64,000 bases of DNA from Candidatus Bathyarchaeota archaeon (GTDB taxonomy: Archaea > Thermoproteota > Bathyarchaeia > Bathyarchaeales > Bathycorpusculaceae), in contig CAWABA010000006.1 of the NCBI GenBank assembly GCA_963780185.1, positions 576,001 through 640,000 of the forward strand, written 5' to 3'. Positions 22,891-33,863 of this stretch are shown one piece after another. Both the position numbers and the translations under genes were made by a program. Below the pieces are notes generated by a model that was not told the origin of the DNA, made no database searches, and saw only the letters and a program-made list of their open reading frames with translations. Positions within the stretch are counted from its first letter, which is position 1, and each line of letters begins with the position of its first letter.

Positions 22891-23088
22891 AAAAGAAGGA
22901 AAATACTCCCTTCATCTTTATTCATCAATAACTCGACGTTAAGACACTGTAGACCTTGAGGTTTGAATCGAAACCAATTGTGTCATCATCTTCATCATCA
23001 TCAACAACAATAACCGCCTAGACGGCTCTGCCAAGCTCAGCCTATAATATAGCGTCGCAGATGCATTGATGAAGCCATTAGTCAACTG

Positions 23089-23268
23089 AACCATTTTTGT
23101 GGTGGTTTCTGTTCACAAATAGTAGACCCCTCCCGTCGGTCTTTCGGACCCATTTTTACGTTGGTTTTTTGAGGTAAAAATGGGGTACCCTGTCAATCGG
23201 GAGAGATTTTAAAAAGGGCTTGTTTTGGGTTGGTTTTTTGTTTTAGGGTTTAGATTGGGCTTAGGTTG
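23089..23268 (-). repeat. Dispersed non-coding repeat, copy C (modules in swapped order)
   Basis: Reverse complement AAAAACCAACCCAAAACAAGCCC..GGGTACCCCATTTTTAC..AAAAACCAACGTAAAAATGGGT..CCGACGGGAGGGGTCTACTATTTGT. Confidence 0.8.
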
Positions 23269-23278
23269 TTTTTCGTTG

Positions 23279-23977
23279 TTATTGTTTCTGTGCGACTATC
23301 ATCGCGTGCAACTTGTCGAAAGGCTCCAAATTGACGACCTCAGCAACGTTAAAGCCTCTCTTGCGCAGGATGCCTGCTTCCTGACGGTAAACCGCTTCAG
23401 GATCCATGGTTACGTCGATGCTTTGGGATTTGACGGCTATCATGACCCAGCCCTGCGGCTTAAGAAAAACGTCGGCGTTGTCTGCCAGCAGCTTTGCCTG
23501 CTCCGGCTGCGCCACATCACAATAAACCGTGTCCACTTTGCCCGAGATGAACATGGCGTATCTCTCTGGCATGCGCGCGTCTTCAAGAATCGGCGTTATG
23601 TTGGGGCGAAAAGCGGCAACGTTATTGACTAAATCGCGGATGGAACGCTGCGCAAACTCCACGCAGTACACATGCCCCGACTCGCCAACGATGTCAGACA
23701 CGTGGCTCGGCGTAGTTCCCGACGCAGCTCCTAGATAAAGCACTTTGCTGCCTGCCTCAATCGGCACGTTTTGCAAGCCTCGGATGATGGCTCCCGCAAG
23801 CTTGCTTCGAAAAGCATCCCAAACCCGATATTCGGCGCCCTTATGCTTGACAAGCCTTTCGCCGTAAACGTTCAAGCCAGGCGTCAGGTTGCGTGTGGCA
23901 AGACGTTTTGCGCCGTCTTCAAGCGTAACCTCATAGATATCCTTGAACTTCGGATGCGGCTTAACCCTGACGGTCAA
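23279..23977 (-). CDS. flpA: Fibrillarin-like rRNA/tRNA 2'-O-methyltransferase
   Basis: VYGERL, EYRVW..RSKLA, VLYLGAASGTT, DVAQPEQ, LEPF. Confidence 0.96.
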   Translation of the reverse strand: MTVRVKPHPKFKDIYEVTLEDGAKRLATRNLTPGLNVYGERLVKHKGAEYRVWDAFRSKLAGAIIRGLQNVPIEAGSKVLYLGAASGTTPSHVSDIVGESGHVYCVEFAQRSIRDLVNNVAAFRPNITPILEDARMPERYAMFISGKVDTVYCDVAQPEQAKLLADNADVFLKPQGWVMIAVKSQSIDVTMDPEAVYRQEAGILRKRGFNVAEVVNLEPFDKLHAMIVAQKQ

Positions 23978-25512
23978 CGCCGCTCTCTTCTCCGACGCCT
24001 ATCCTTGTGCGCTCCACCACGGTTATCTCTAAATGGTGGTCTTCCGCCTCCGCCCTGTTGCGGTGGCCTGTATGGGCGCTCTCCGCCTTGAGCTGGCGGT
24101 CCGCCTTGTGGAGGTGGTCTAAATGGGCGTTCTCCACCTTGAGGGCGCTCGCCGCTTTGAGAGGGCGGGTTGAGCGGTCGTTCTTCGCTTTGCGGAGGAG
24201 GTCTAAAGGGTCGTTCGCCGCCGCCCTGTTGCGGTGGTCGATATGGACGTTCTCCGCCTTGAGAAGACTGTCTAAATGGGCGTCCCCCGCCGCCTTCCCT
24301 GCGTTCCCTGAACGGAGGTTGCCCACCTCTTTCTTGTCTCGGTTTAGGCTCCTTTGGTGCCGGCGGCTCTTTGTATTTTACGTGGATTTCCTCTATGCGT
24401 TTGATAACCTCTGCTCTTAGCCGTTCGCCAATGTAGTTGCCTCCGAAAGCGTCGGCTCTGGCTGCAATGGCGAGTTTCCCAGCGATGACTCGAGCGATTT
24501 TTCCTCTTTGCCACCGTTTGGCGTCATGTAGCAGGGTGTGCTGGAAGATTAAGCCGTGTTTGGGCGGTCTTGCTCCTGTTTTGAGTGAACGGAAGAGGGC
24601 TTTTTCAGCGCCTAAAACCTGAATGGTGCTGGCTGGTCTCATGGCGAGGTTTTGTAGACTGCCCGCGATGGCGATTAGCCGCGCGCCCAAAAGTGCGCCT
24701 GCGACTGTTCGAACGTTGGGCGCCATTTCCTCCATAATTCGGTCAACATAGTTCTCCATGTTTTTGCGCAACTCGTAGAAGGCAAGCACGTTTTGGGCTA
24801 ATTCCTGTATCTGGGAGAGGTCAAGCTCTGCGATGTCTGCGCCCATGGATGCTTCAGCGGCTTTCGCAAGCAACACCGCCCGATCCTTAGGAACATTTTC
24901 CTTCTCTAAGGCTTCAGGCGTGAAGTTTTCTCTGTAGCCCAGATTCATGACTAGGCGTGAGTAGGTTTCGTGTTTTTCGATTAGTCGGTCCAACTCTGGG
25001 AAATAGACGCCGTACCATTCGCGGAGTCTGCCCATAAACAGGTTAACTGTTCGGTCCAAGTCATCCAGCGTCTGAATGCCCTGAGCCACGATTAAGTCCC
25101 TTTTTTCAGCGGCGCCTTTAACGCGGAGTTTAGTTAGTTCCATGCTGACGTTGCGGTTCCAAAGGCTCAACTCCTGCTCATCAGAGACAAAACCCGACTC
25201 AACCGCCACCGTATTCATCAACGCACGTAAATCCTCGGCTTCAGAGGCTTTGGCGACTTCAACGTTGACGTTCATTTTACGTTGGGTTTCCTCTGCCAAA
25301 GTGGCGTTTTCAAAAACAAACATGTCGTAACCCCCATTTTTAAGCAGGGTTACCAATGCGAAAACTTCGTCAGACAGCTTGCCTGCTTCTGTTTTGAGCA
25401 GGCCTTTTGCGGCTGCTACGGGTTTCTTTGGAAACAGAACCTTGTCAACTAAACTTTTCTTGTCGTCGAAGGCTGCGACGCCGAACGGGAATTGAATTAT
25501 GAATGCTTTCAT
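23974..25512 (-). CDS. nop5: Box C/D RNP subunit Nop5 (Nop56/58) with low-complexity C-terminal tail
   Basis: RLREWYG.YFPEL, SMG, PASTIQVLGAEKALFR, PKHGLIF, RGKIAR. Confidence 0.95.
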   Translation of the reverse strand: MKAFIIQFPFGVAAFDDKKSLVDKVLFPKKPVAAAKGLLKTEAGKLSDEVFALVTLLKNGGYDMFVFENATLAEETQRKMNVNVEVAKASEAEDLRALMNTVAVESGFVSDEQELSLWNRNVSMELTKLRVKGAAEKRDLIVAQGIQTLDDLDRTVNLFMGRLREWYGVYFPELDRLIEKHETYSRLVMNLGYRENFTPEALEKENVPKDRAVLLAKAAEASMGADIAELDLSQIQELAQNVLAFYELRKNMENYVDRIMEEMAPNVRTVAGALLGARLIAIAGSLQNLAMRPASTIQVLGAEKALFRSLKTGARPPKHGLIFQHTLLHDAKRWQRGKIARVIAGKLAIAARADAFGGNYIGERLRAEVIKRIEEIHVKYKEPPAPKEPKPRQERGGQPPFRERREGGGGRPFRQSSQGGERPYRPPQQGGGERPFRPPPQSEERPLNPPSQSGERPQGGERPFRPPPQGGPPAQGGERPYRPPQQGGGGRPPFRDNRGGAHKDRRRRRERR

Positions 25513-25731
25513 GTCTTAAAGCCTCAGTAAACTAAGTACTGTCAAGAGTTTAACCTAATAAATAATTGTTTTTAATTTGCACATTCAGAGATTAACGTGG
25601 CATCGTTTTAGTCAGACAATCGCGTTAAGTTGCCTATTCGTATTTTTCTAGTGTTGTAGAAGTTTTTGTTTAAAGTCTTTATTATGCCTGTTAGTGAATG
25701 TTTAGAGTATGAAAAATATAGCAAGGCCGTT

Positions 25732-25761
25732 AGTCCAGAAACTTTGACTGTTCAAGTCAAG
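25732..25761 (+). promoter_or_regulatory. Tripartite AGTCAAG / CTTGACT / AGTCAAG-like site upstream of a TATA box
   Basis: AGTCCAG-AAAC-TTTGACT-GTTCA-AGTCAAG; same layout at 59536-59566. Confidence 0.45.
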
Positions 25762-25810
25762 AATCTTTTACGATAAGCCTTTTATTGCAAACCGTTTCCA
25801 AGAGTAATCC

Positions 25811-27097
25811 ATGAATAACTGGGGTAAAACCATTGCTTTACTGCTTGTTGCCTTGTTCTTTACTTCTTTAGTTACCCTATCATCCGCTGTGCCTGTTCAT
25901 GCTGCTGCTTTATCATGGAATGTTCAAACGGTAGATGGAAACGCTGTCTATGGCGGCGATTGCCCCCTTGCAGTTGACTCAAACAACGTAACCCACATAG
26001 CCTACAGCCAATTGACCAATGACGAGAAGTATTCTATACAGTACGCAAGCTGGAACGGCACAGGCTTCAACACACAAGCAATAGACACGGTTGAGGGCAG
26101 CGTGTACAGTCTTGTACTGGATGCAAACGATAATCCGCATGTATTATACAGTCACTCGTTTGAATCATATAATCAGGCCTTCATTAACGAATTAATAATT
26201 GCCACTTTGAACGGAGGAAGCTGGGTTCGCCAAGATACAGGCATTAACGCACGTTATGCAGTCCTTGCCTTAGACTCATCTGGCAACCCGCACATCGCGT
26301 ACACCGACGACAAAACCGTGAAATATGCAAGTTGGACAGGAACAACCTGGACTAACCAGATAGTAGACACATATGCCAGCATTCCTCGTAGCTTGTTTTT
26401 GTCGTTCGACTCCCACGATACACCGAAAATTCTCTACGCTTTCACGAGAAGTATCACCCTTGTTCAGGACATGGGTTGGAACTATGAAAATTTGAAGCTT
26501 GCAAGCTTCGAAAATTCTGGCTGGGACATCCAAAATTTCACCTTAAACGTGAATGATTTCGGCGACATGGTTTTAGATTCTAAGGGATTTCCCCACTTTA
26601 TTTGTCAAGAGTTCTTTCCGATAACGACTGGAGGCGGCAACAGCACCCTTTTTTACGCCAGTTGGAATGGGGTAGTTTGGAATACAGAGCCAGTTATTTC
26701 TAACACGGCTCTTAATTCAATCGGTTCCTTAACGTTAGACTCCAACGGCAACCCCCACATCTGCTATGTTATCCCCGCTCCAAATGGTGAGACAAAAATG
26801 CTTTATGCTAGTTGGACGGGCAAAGCCTGGAATACGCAAACCGTAGAAAATATTTCTGCGAGTGGTCCGTGCTACTTAGCATTGGATGTTAGCGGCAACC
26901 CACACATAAGCTCCATCGGAGATTCATTCTATTGGATTGCGACTTTGAAGTATGCCGCAGCCACAGAGGCAACACAGACGCCTCCGCCAAGCATTCCAGA
27001 CTACGCTATACTGTCATTAATATCGGCGGGTATCATTGTGGCAGTTGCAGCTGTTTTCTACGTTTGGAAAAAGAAGATAAAGATGCATGCTGAGTAG
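25811..27097 (+). CDS. Secreted repeat (beta-propeller-like) protein with TM anchor
   Basis: About 7 repeats of LxLDSxGNPHIxY..YASWxGxxWxxQxVD; IPDY-TM-KKK. Confidence 0.8.
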   Translation: MNNWGKTIALLLVALFFTSLVTLSSAVPVHAAALSWNVQTVDGNAVYGGDCPLAVDSNNVTHIAYSQLTNDEKYSIQYASWNGTGFNTQAIDTVEGSVYSLVLDANDNPHVLYSHSFESYNQAFINELIIATLNGGSWVRQDTGINARYAVLALDSSGNPHIAYTDDKTVKYASWTGTTWTNQIVDTYASIPRSLFLSFDSHDTPKILYAFTRSITLVQDMGWNYENLKLASFENSGWDIQNFTLNVNDFGDMVLDSKGFPHFICQEFFPITTGGGNSTLFYASWNGVVWNTEPVISNTALNSIGSLTLDSNGNPHICYVIPAPNGETKMLYASWTGKAWNTQTVENISASGPCYLALDVSGNPHISSIGDSFYWIATLKYAAATEATQTPPPSIPDYAILSLISAGIIVAVAAVFYVWKKKIKMHAE

Positions 27098-27100
27098 ATT

Positions 27101-27685
27101 CTACTGTCGCTGAATTTTTTGGATTTGTTTGTATCTAAAACACGTGACTAAGTGGTCGTTTACTAGGCCTGCGGCTTGCATGAATGCGTAGCATATGGTT
27201 GGGCCGACAAATTGGAAGCCTCTTTTCTTTAGGTCCTTGCTCATCGCTTCTGACTCAGGGGATTCTGCTGGCAGTTCGGATAGCTGGGTAAAAGTGTTTT
27301 GGATGGTTTTGCCGTGGACGAATTGCCAGATGTAGGTGTCAAAGCTGCCGAATTCCTTTTGAACTTTCAAGAAGCAGCATGCATTGTTGACGGTAGCCGC
27401 GATTTTGGATCGGTTTCGAACTATGGCAGCATCTTTCACTAAGCGTTCTATGTCGTTGTCGGTGTACTTTGCGATTTTCTCTGGATCAAAGCCGTCGAAA
27501 GCTTTTCTGAAAGCCTCCCTTTTCCGCAGAATAATCAGCCAAGAAAGCCCTGCTTGAAAAGCATCCAAAACCAAAAACTCAAGCAGCTTATCGTCATCGT
27601 GGACGGGAACGCCCCATTCCTCATCGTGATAAGCCACGTAAAGCGGATCATCAACGTTCCAACATCTATTCAACTCATGGGTCAT
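27101..27685 (-). CDS. tag: DNA-3-methyladenine glycosylase I
   Basis: YHDEEWG, FQAGLSW, IVRNRSKI, FVGPTICYAFMQAAGLVNDH. Confidence 0.95.
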   Translation of the reverse strand: MTHELNRCWNVDDPLYVAYHDEEWGVPVHDDDKLLEFLVLDAFQAGLSWLIILRKREAFRKAFDGFDPEKIAKYTDNDIERLVKDAAIVRNRSKIAATVNNACCFLKVQKEFGSFDTYIWQFVHGKTIQNTFTQLSELPAESPESEAMSKDLKKRGFQFVGPTICYAFMQAAGLVNDHLVTCFRYKQIQKIQRQ

Positions 27686-27798
27686 TGACTCGCACTCTCT
27701 CTAGCACTCAAATGTCGCTCAGATACTCAGGTCTTAGATAGATTTCCGCTTAAATGCTTTTCATGCTTGAACCGACGCAGGTGAGAACCTAACCGCTT

Positions 27799-28137
27799 TT
27801 ATTTTTTTGTGGAAGTTTGCGGTTCAAATGGCTTGAGTTTGCCATCTTTGTCTGTGATGTATAGTTGAAAGTCGTATTCTCTGCAGTAGTTTTTGAAGTC
27901 TCTCCACTGCGTTTTGTCGCCTTCAAAATCCTCTTCAGTCACAATTTGGCAAATTCGTTTTAAGCAGCCTTTATGTGCCATAACGTCTGGTACGATGCCG
28001 CCGACCTCGGAGGGTTTTTCCCAGCCTTCAGTATTCGCCTTCACCAGCCAATTGTCTTTTTTGAGATCTTCGGCAATAGTTCTTACACACGCATCATGGT
28101 TGTCTAATTTTCCAGATTTTTTCTCAACCACTTTCAA
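27799..28137 (-). CDS. Hypothetical protein, possible PD-(D/E)XK-like fold
   Basis: 112 aa ORF; VPDVMAHK..ICQIVT. Confidence 0.6.
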   Translation of the reverse strand: MKVVEKKSGKLDNHDACVRTIAEDLKKDNWLVKANTEGWEKPSEVGGIVPDVMAHKGCLKRICQIVTEEDFEGDKTQWRDFKNYCREYDFQLYITDKDGKLKPFEPQTSTKK

Positions 28138-28213
28138 AACCCCATAGATTGCTGTTTTAGAAATGTTAAATTAAGGATTTAAAGTTGAACCTCTAGCCTT
28201 GTTTTCCCTGAAG

Positions 28214-28444
28214 TTAAGCGGCGTTTGTCTGCGTCTCGGGTTTGTAGAGCGCTATCGCGGCGCCTAAAATGATTGATCCGACACCTAAAAGCATGAAAAG
28301 TACGACTGCGGCTCCACTCATCGAGTAAATGCTGAAGACGAATCCCCAGACAGCCGACCCGCTGAGAAGCACGCCGAGCAGAATAATTGCGATTCCGCCA
28401 AGCAAATTGTCTCTGCGTTCATCACTCAAATTCGGCAGTTTCAT
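28214..28444 (-). CDS. Small two-TM membrane protein
   Basis: Two hydrophobic helices. Confidence 0.6.
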   Translation of the reverse strand: MKLPNLSDERRDNLLGGIAIILLGVLLSGSAVWGFVFSIYSMSGAAVVLFMLLGVGSIILGAAIALYKPETQTNAA

Positions 28445-28514
28445 GAGGCTTACCTTTCAGCAAACGTTAATCGGATAGACTTGTTATTGGCGTTGGGGTA
28501 GAAATTCTTTTGCG

Positions 28515-29054
28515 TCAAGACGCTTTTTCCAAAGTTTCCATTATCTGCCTGTACCTGTTGTCGGTGAAGGTTAGGTTGTATTCTTGGAATTCCTGGAGCA
28601 TTTTTTGCTGTTCTTTTTCGGTGAAGTACCTCATTGATGAGATGAAGAAGTGTTTGTCTTCTTTTTCGATGTGCCGGGGGTACAGTTCAATAAGGGTGTT
28701 TAGCGCCTCAAGTAGGCTGCTAAAGGACCCAGCGTTGCCGCCGATGTAGCTGGCTTCTTGTTTCTCAAGGATAGTCACGGTTCTTCGTGCGGAGGCATGC
28801 TCCAAAATTAGTTCCCGCATCATCGCGGCGTCGGCTTCAGACAGCTTCCTTTTGTAGAGTGCGTTGAACAGTATGCCTTCTTCCTTTCCATGGTGGTAGC
28901 GGTCGGCGTAGGTTCTGAAAAAATCAACGGATGCAACAACGAAGTTTGGGTCAACCTTGCCAGAGGCAACGATTTTCTGGTGTTCTTTTTTGAGGACACC
29001 GACCGCGTGGAGGATTAAGCGGTGTTCGCTGATTAAAATTTCAACAGGCAACAT
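28515..29054 (-). CDS. Hemerythrin/HHE domain protein
   Basis: SEHRLI, HHGKEE..LF, EHASAR, HIEKED. Confidence 0.9.
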   Translation of the reverse strand: MLPVEILISEHRLILHAVGVLKKEHQKIVASGKVDPNFVVASVDFFRTYADRYHHGKEEGILFNALYKRKLSEADAAMMRELILEHASARRTVTILEKQEASYIGGNAGSFSSLLEALNTLIELYPRHIEKEDKHFFISSMRYFTEKEQQKMLQEFQEYNLTFTDNRYRQIMETLEKAS

Positions 29055-29120
29055 AACTCGAGACGTTCCTTTTTAATGCTATGTCGTGGGAATCCTAAAA
29101 GTTTGCGCAAAAGGCGGCGT

Positions 29121-29525
29121 TTAACCCGTGCTTTCTCCGTTTTGCTCGGTTTCACCAAGTTCTTTTTTGAGGTTTTTTTCTGAGAAGAAAAGCAGCGCGG
29201 CAACTATGCCGAGGATTACGGCGGCTGAAATGGATAGAGCGGGAACAAGGTTGACTGATGATGTTGCGGACATGGGGACTGCGGTGGGTGCCGCGACAGC
29301 GGAGGTTGGGGCTGGCGTGCCTGTGTTGTAGGGACCCGCTGTTGGGCTGGGGGTTGCGGGGGTGCCGTTAAAGTATTGGGCTGGGGTTGGCTCTGGCGAA
29401 GGCTGCTGTTGAGTTGAACCTTGCGGTCCAGCCGGCAAGAAGCTTACGCCTGCAGCAAGAGACAGAACTAGCGCAACGGCAAGAAACGGCGCAAACAACA
29501 TTTTCCTATTCAACAAACTTCGCAA
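29121..29525 (-). CDS. Membrane protein with Pro/Thr/Ala-rich linker
   Basis: Two hydrophobic segments flanking a low-complexity PT region. Confidence 0.65.
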   Translation of the reverse strand: MRSLLNRKMLFAPFLAVALVLSLAAGVSFLPAGPQGSTQQQPSPEPTPAQYFNGTPATPSPTAGPYNTGTPAPTSAVAAPTAVPMSATSSVNLVPALSISAAVILGIVAALLFFSEKNLKKELGETEQNGESTG

Positions 29526-29555
29526 CCTTTAAACTTTGATTCCTTAGCGCCATTA

Positions 29556-29571
29556 AACGGTACAAACCGTT
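29556..29571. promoter_or_regulatory. Inverted repeat AACGGT-N4-ACCGTT, candidate operator
   Basis: Perfect IR flanked by CATTAA and TTAATG in the divergent intergenic region. Confidence 0.4.
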
Positions 29572-29679
29572 ATTTAATGTTATATTTTAGGTTCCCTGTA
29601 CTAAGGTTTCGAACATTTGCTTTGAAGCCGTTCTGGGGTAGTTTTTAAATTGCTCCCTGCTCCTTTGTCTGGTTTGTGG

Positions 29680-30108
29680 ATGGCTTTGCCTGACGACGAC
29701 TCCAAAGAAGTGCTCAGGGGAACAACGCTGGAAGTTTACCGTTTCCTGCTGAAAAGCAACAAGCCAGTGGGAACACGCGAACTGCAAAGAGCACTCAACC
29801 TAAGCAGCCCCTCAGTAGCCACGTATCACCTGTCCAAGCTGGAGGATGCGGGCTTGCTCAAGAGGGAAGGAGGCGGCTTCACAGTCAGCAAGTACCTTCT
29901 GGAAAACAGCGTCAAAGTCAACCGTTTCTTGATTCCAAGGTTCCTCTTCTATGCCATCTTCGCCGTCGCCGCCCTCGCCGTCGAATTAACCCTGATGAAG
30001 CCCACCGTGCTTACTCGTGAATACGTGTTTTCAGCGCTTGCAATCGGCATACTTGCCGTCTTCTGCACCTACGAAACAGTCAAAACATGGCTCCGAGGCA
30101 ACCTGTAG
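29680..30108 (+). CDS. Winged-helix (ArsR-like) regulator with two C-terminal TM helices
   Basis: VGTRELQRALNLSSPSVATYHLSKLEDAGLL followed by two TM segments; ORF track start 29650. Confidence 0.82.
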   Translation: MALPDDDSKEVLRGTTLEVYRFLLKSNKPVGTRELQRALNLSSPSVATYHLSKLEDAGLLKREGGGFTVSKYLLENSVKVNRFLIPRFLFYAIFAVAALAVELTLMKPTVLTREYVFSALAIGILAVFCTYETVKTWLRGNL

Positions 30109-30366
30109 GACACAAAAGATGCTGTCCGAGATGCGTTTTAAGAGAGCGGTTAATCTTTAAGGCTTATTTCTAAAAACTGGAAAAAGATTTTCACAATCTC
30201 CGCGGTATTGCTTGAAATGGGGCTCAGATTGCACTTTTTCTGGCTGCAAAGTCTCGAATAACCGCAAAAACGGCTCTAAAATCAGGGAATTAAACTCTTA
30301 GTTAACTTTAAACGGTTGCTTGAACAATATGAGTGGCACCGATTTGGGACTGGTGGGAAAGGGTTT

Positions 30367-32586
30367 ATGGTTAATCAGCCTCCGCTTCGTGCACGCGGCG
30401 TCAAGGTGCTTAAAGCTGTTTCTTCACCGCTTAGGCTGCAAATCCTCAATTTGCTCTTTGACAGAAGCGCCCTGAGTTACACGGAACTCATGAACGCGTT
30501 GAAAATGAACCCGAGTCGAGACGCGGGCAGGTTCGCGTACCACCTAAAGTTCCTGCTGAAGGCTGATTTGGTTGAGGCGGATGTTGAAGCAAAAAAATAT
30601 TACCTGACTGATTTGGGCAAGATGGTTTTGGATGTGGCTGACCGTGTTGAAGCGAAGGCGGTCAAGCCCAGAGGCATGGTTGTTCGCACTTCGCATTTGA
30701 CGATGGAAGAGTTCGACGCCAACAAAATCGCGAATTCGCTCATAAAAGAGGCTAAGGTGCCTGCGGAGTTGGCGCAGAAAGCAGCGAAAGAAACCGAGAA
30801 ACGCCTGGTCAAGTCAAAAACCAAGTATCTTACCGCCGCGCTAATCCGCGAAGTCGTAAACGGGATTTTGATTGAGAAAGGCTATGAAGACTACCGTCAC
30901 AAACTCACACGCGTCGGCATGCCTGTGCACGAAGTAACTGCGCAGATTGAAGCTAAAGATCAAGCCTCAGATTCAGCAGCCATCATCACCAAGGCGGGTG
31001 AAGCGGTGCTGGAAGAGTACACGCTGCTTAACATTTTTCCAAGAGACATCGCTGACGCTCACCTCTCTGGCGCCATCCACATCGACGGCTTAGGCACCTG
31101 GATAACCAAACCAAATGAAGTCAACCATGACCTACGTTTTTTCCTGCAGAACGGACTCAAACTGGACAATCCCCTGCAAGCCAACATTGAGCCGCCCAGC
31201 ACCTTCGAATCGGCGCTTGCCATCGCGCTGGATGTTTTGCTGCATGCCAACAAAGAAGTCAGCCGAACCCAAACCTGCAGCTACTTCAACGTCTTCCTAG
31301 CCCCATACGCAAAAGGCGTCGATCCAGCGCGGCTTAAAGAAAACCTGCGCCTGTTCATCTTGAACCTGAACCAGCACTCGCAATCGGCGTTAGCGCTTGA
31401 ACTCTCCATTCCCAAAGCGACCGCGGAGAGGGAAGCCGTGGGTCCGAACGGAAAAATCTGCGGCAAATACAGCGACTACGCAGCAGAGAGCCAGCTTTTA
31501 GCTGCGTTGGCAATCGAGGTTTTTTCGGAGGAAAGCCAAAAGAAGCCGCTGCTTAACCCCAAGCTGATTATACGAGTTGGCAAAGAATCCTTCGCGGATG
31601 AAGCCTCAAAGATGCTTTTGCTTAAGGCGCATCAGTTGGCGGCTGAAAAAGGCGCACCTTACTTCGCCAATGCGTCGCGCAAAGAAACCGAAAATGCCGT
31701 CTACTCATCCACCGGCGTTAAACTTACTTCGGATTTGACAAGCGACTGGGAAACCGACACATTGCGCACGGGCTGCCTTGGCTGCGTAACAATTAACATG
31801 CCCAGAATCGCGTTGGAATGCGAGAAGGACAAAAACAAGTTTTTCGACCTTGCCCGCGAACGCTTCGAGCTTGCCGCCCGCGCCTTAGGAATAAAAGGCG
31901 CCGCTCTGAAGCAGTTCGGCAGAAACTCTTTGCCTTTCCTTCTGCGAAACGGCAACGGCGACGTTTACTTCAGGCTGGAAAACAGCAGCCGCATGATTAA
32001 TCTAGCTGGGTTTCGGGAAGCCGTGGAGGCTTTCACGGAGAAAGGCTTCAACTCGGAGGAAGCTCGAGCCTTCGCTGCGGAAACGATCCAGTCGATTCTG
32101 GCTTTTAAGCAGAAAATCGGCAGAAAATACGGCAGACGCCTCTACCCCGCCTTGCTTGGCAACAGTGAAGCGGCTGAGCGGCTTGCGCAGCTGGATATTG
32201 AACGGTTCGGCGTGGCTAAAGTCAAGTTTTCGGGAACAAGAGAAAAACCCTACTATTCGAACACGCGCAGATTCCAGACGAAAACTATGGGGGAAACGTT
32301 GGCGCTTGTGACGGAGCAGTTGGAGACCGCGCAGAAATTGAAGGGGCTCAACGCAGGCGGAACCCTGGAAATCATCGAGTTGGAAGGCGGCGCGTATAAG
32401 GCTGAGGCGTTGATGGATTTGAGTCGTCGCCTAATAGAAAACCAATCCCTCGAGTTCTTCACGTACAATCGCATCGTGAGCTACTGTGACACCTGCAAGA
32501 AAAGCTGGTTCGGAACGCTACACAAATGTCCCTGCTGCGGCTCCATGAGTGCCTTGGCAACTTTTGACCGTTTCGCGTCAATATAG
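30367..32586 (+). CDS. wHTH + ATP-cone + class III (NrdD-like) RNR fusion lacking catalytic residues
   Basis: SSPLRLQIL..RFAYHLKFL wHTH; VRTS..EEFDANKI..LIREVVN ATP cone; DIADAHLSGAIHI, FNVFLAPY, VTINMPRIA, CDTC..CPCC; no PNC, MGC or RxxGY; ORF track start 30316. Confidence 0.85.
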   Translation: MVNQPPLRARGVKVLKAVSSPLRLQILNLLFDRSALSYTELMNALKMNPSRDAGRFAYHLKFLLKADLVEADVEAKKYYLTDLGKMVLDVADRVEAKAVKPRGMVVRTSHLTMEEFDANKIANSLIKEAKVPAELAQKAAKETEKRLVKSKTKYLTAALIREVVNGILIEKGYEDYRHKLTRVGMPVHEVTAQIEAKDQASDSAAIITKAGEAVLEEYTLLNIFPRDIADAHLSGAIHIDGLGTWITKPNEVNHDLRFFLQNGLKLDNPLQANIEPPSTFESALAIALDVLLHANKEVSRTQTCSYFNVFLAPYAKGVDPARLKENLRLFILNLNQHSQSALALELSIPKATAEREAVGPNGKICGKYSDYAAESQLLAALAIEVFSEESQKKPLLNPKLIIRVGKESFADEASKMLLLKAHQLAAEKGAPYFANASRKETENAVYSSTGVKLTSDLTSDWETDTLRTGCLGCVTINMPRIALECEKDKNKFFDLARERFELAARALGIKGAALKQFGRNSLPFLLRNGNGDVYFRLENSSRMINLAGFREAVEAFTEKGFNSEEARAFAAETIQSILAFKQKIGRKYGRRLYPALLGNSEAAERLAQLDIERFGVAKVKFSGTREKPYYSNTRRFQTKTMGETLALVTEQLETAQKLKGLNAGGTLEIIELEGGAYKAEALMDLSRRLIENQSLEFFTYNRIVSYCDTCKKSWFGTLHKCPCCGSMSALATFDRFASI

Positions 32587-32593
32587 CGGCGGC

Positions 32594-33863
<1,270 letters not shown>

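Noticed and set aside
22980-23090. TGATGA..CTGA (23067-23089) and TGATGA runs next to flpA/nop5 as a C/D box sRNA
   Set aside because: Only one C/D pair, no C'/D' boxes or terminal stem; the other hits are a (CAT)n low-complexity run.
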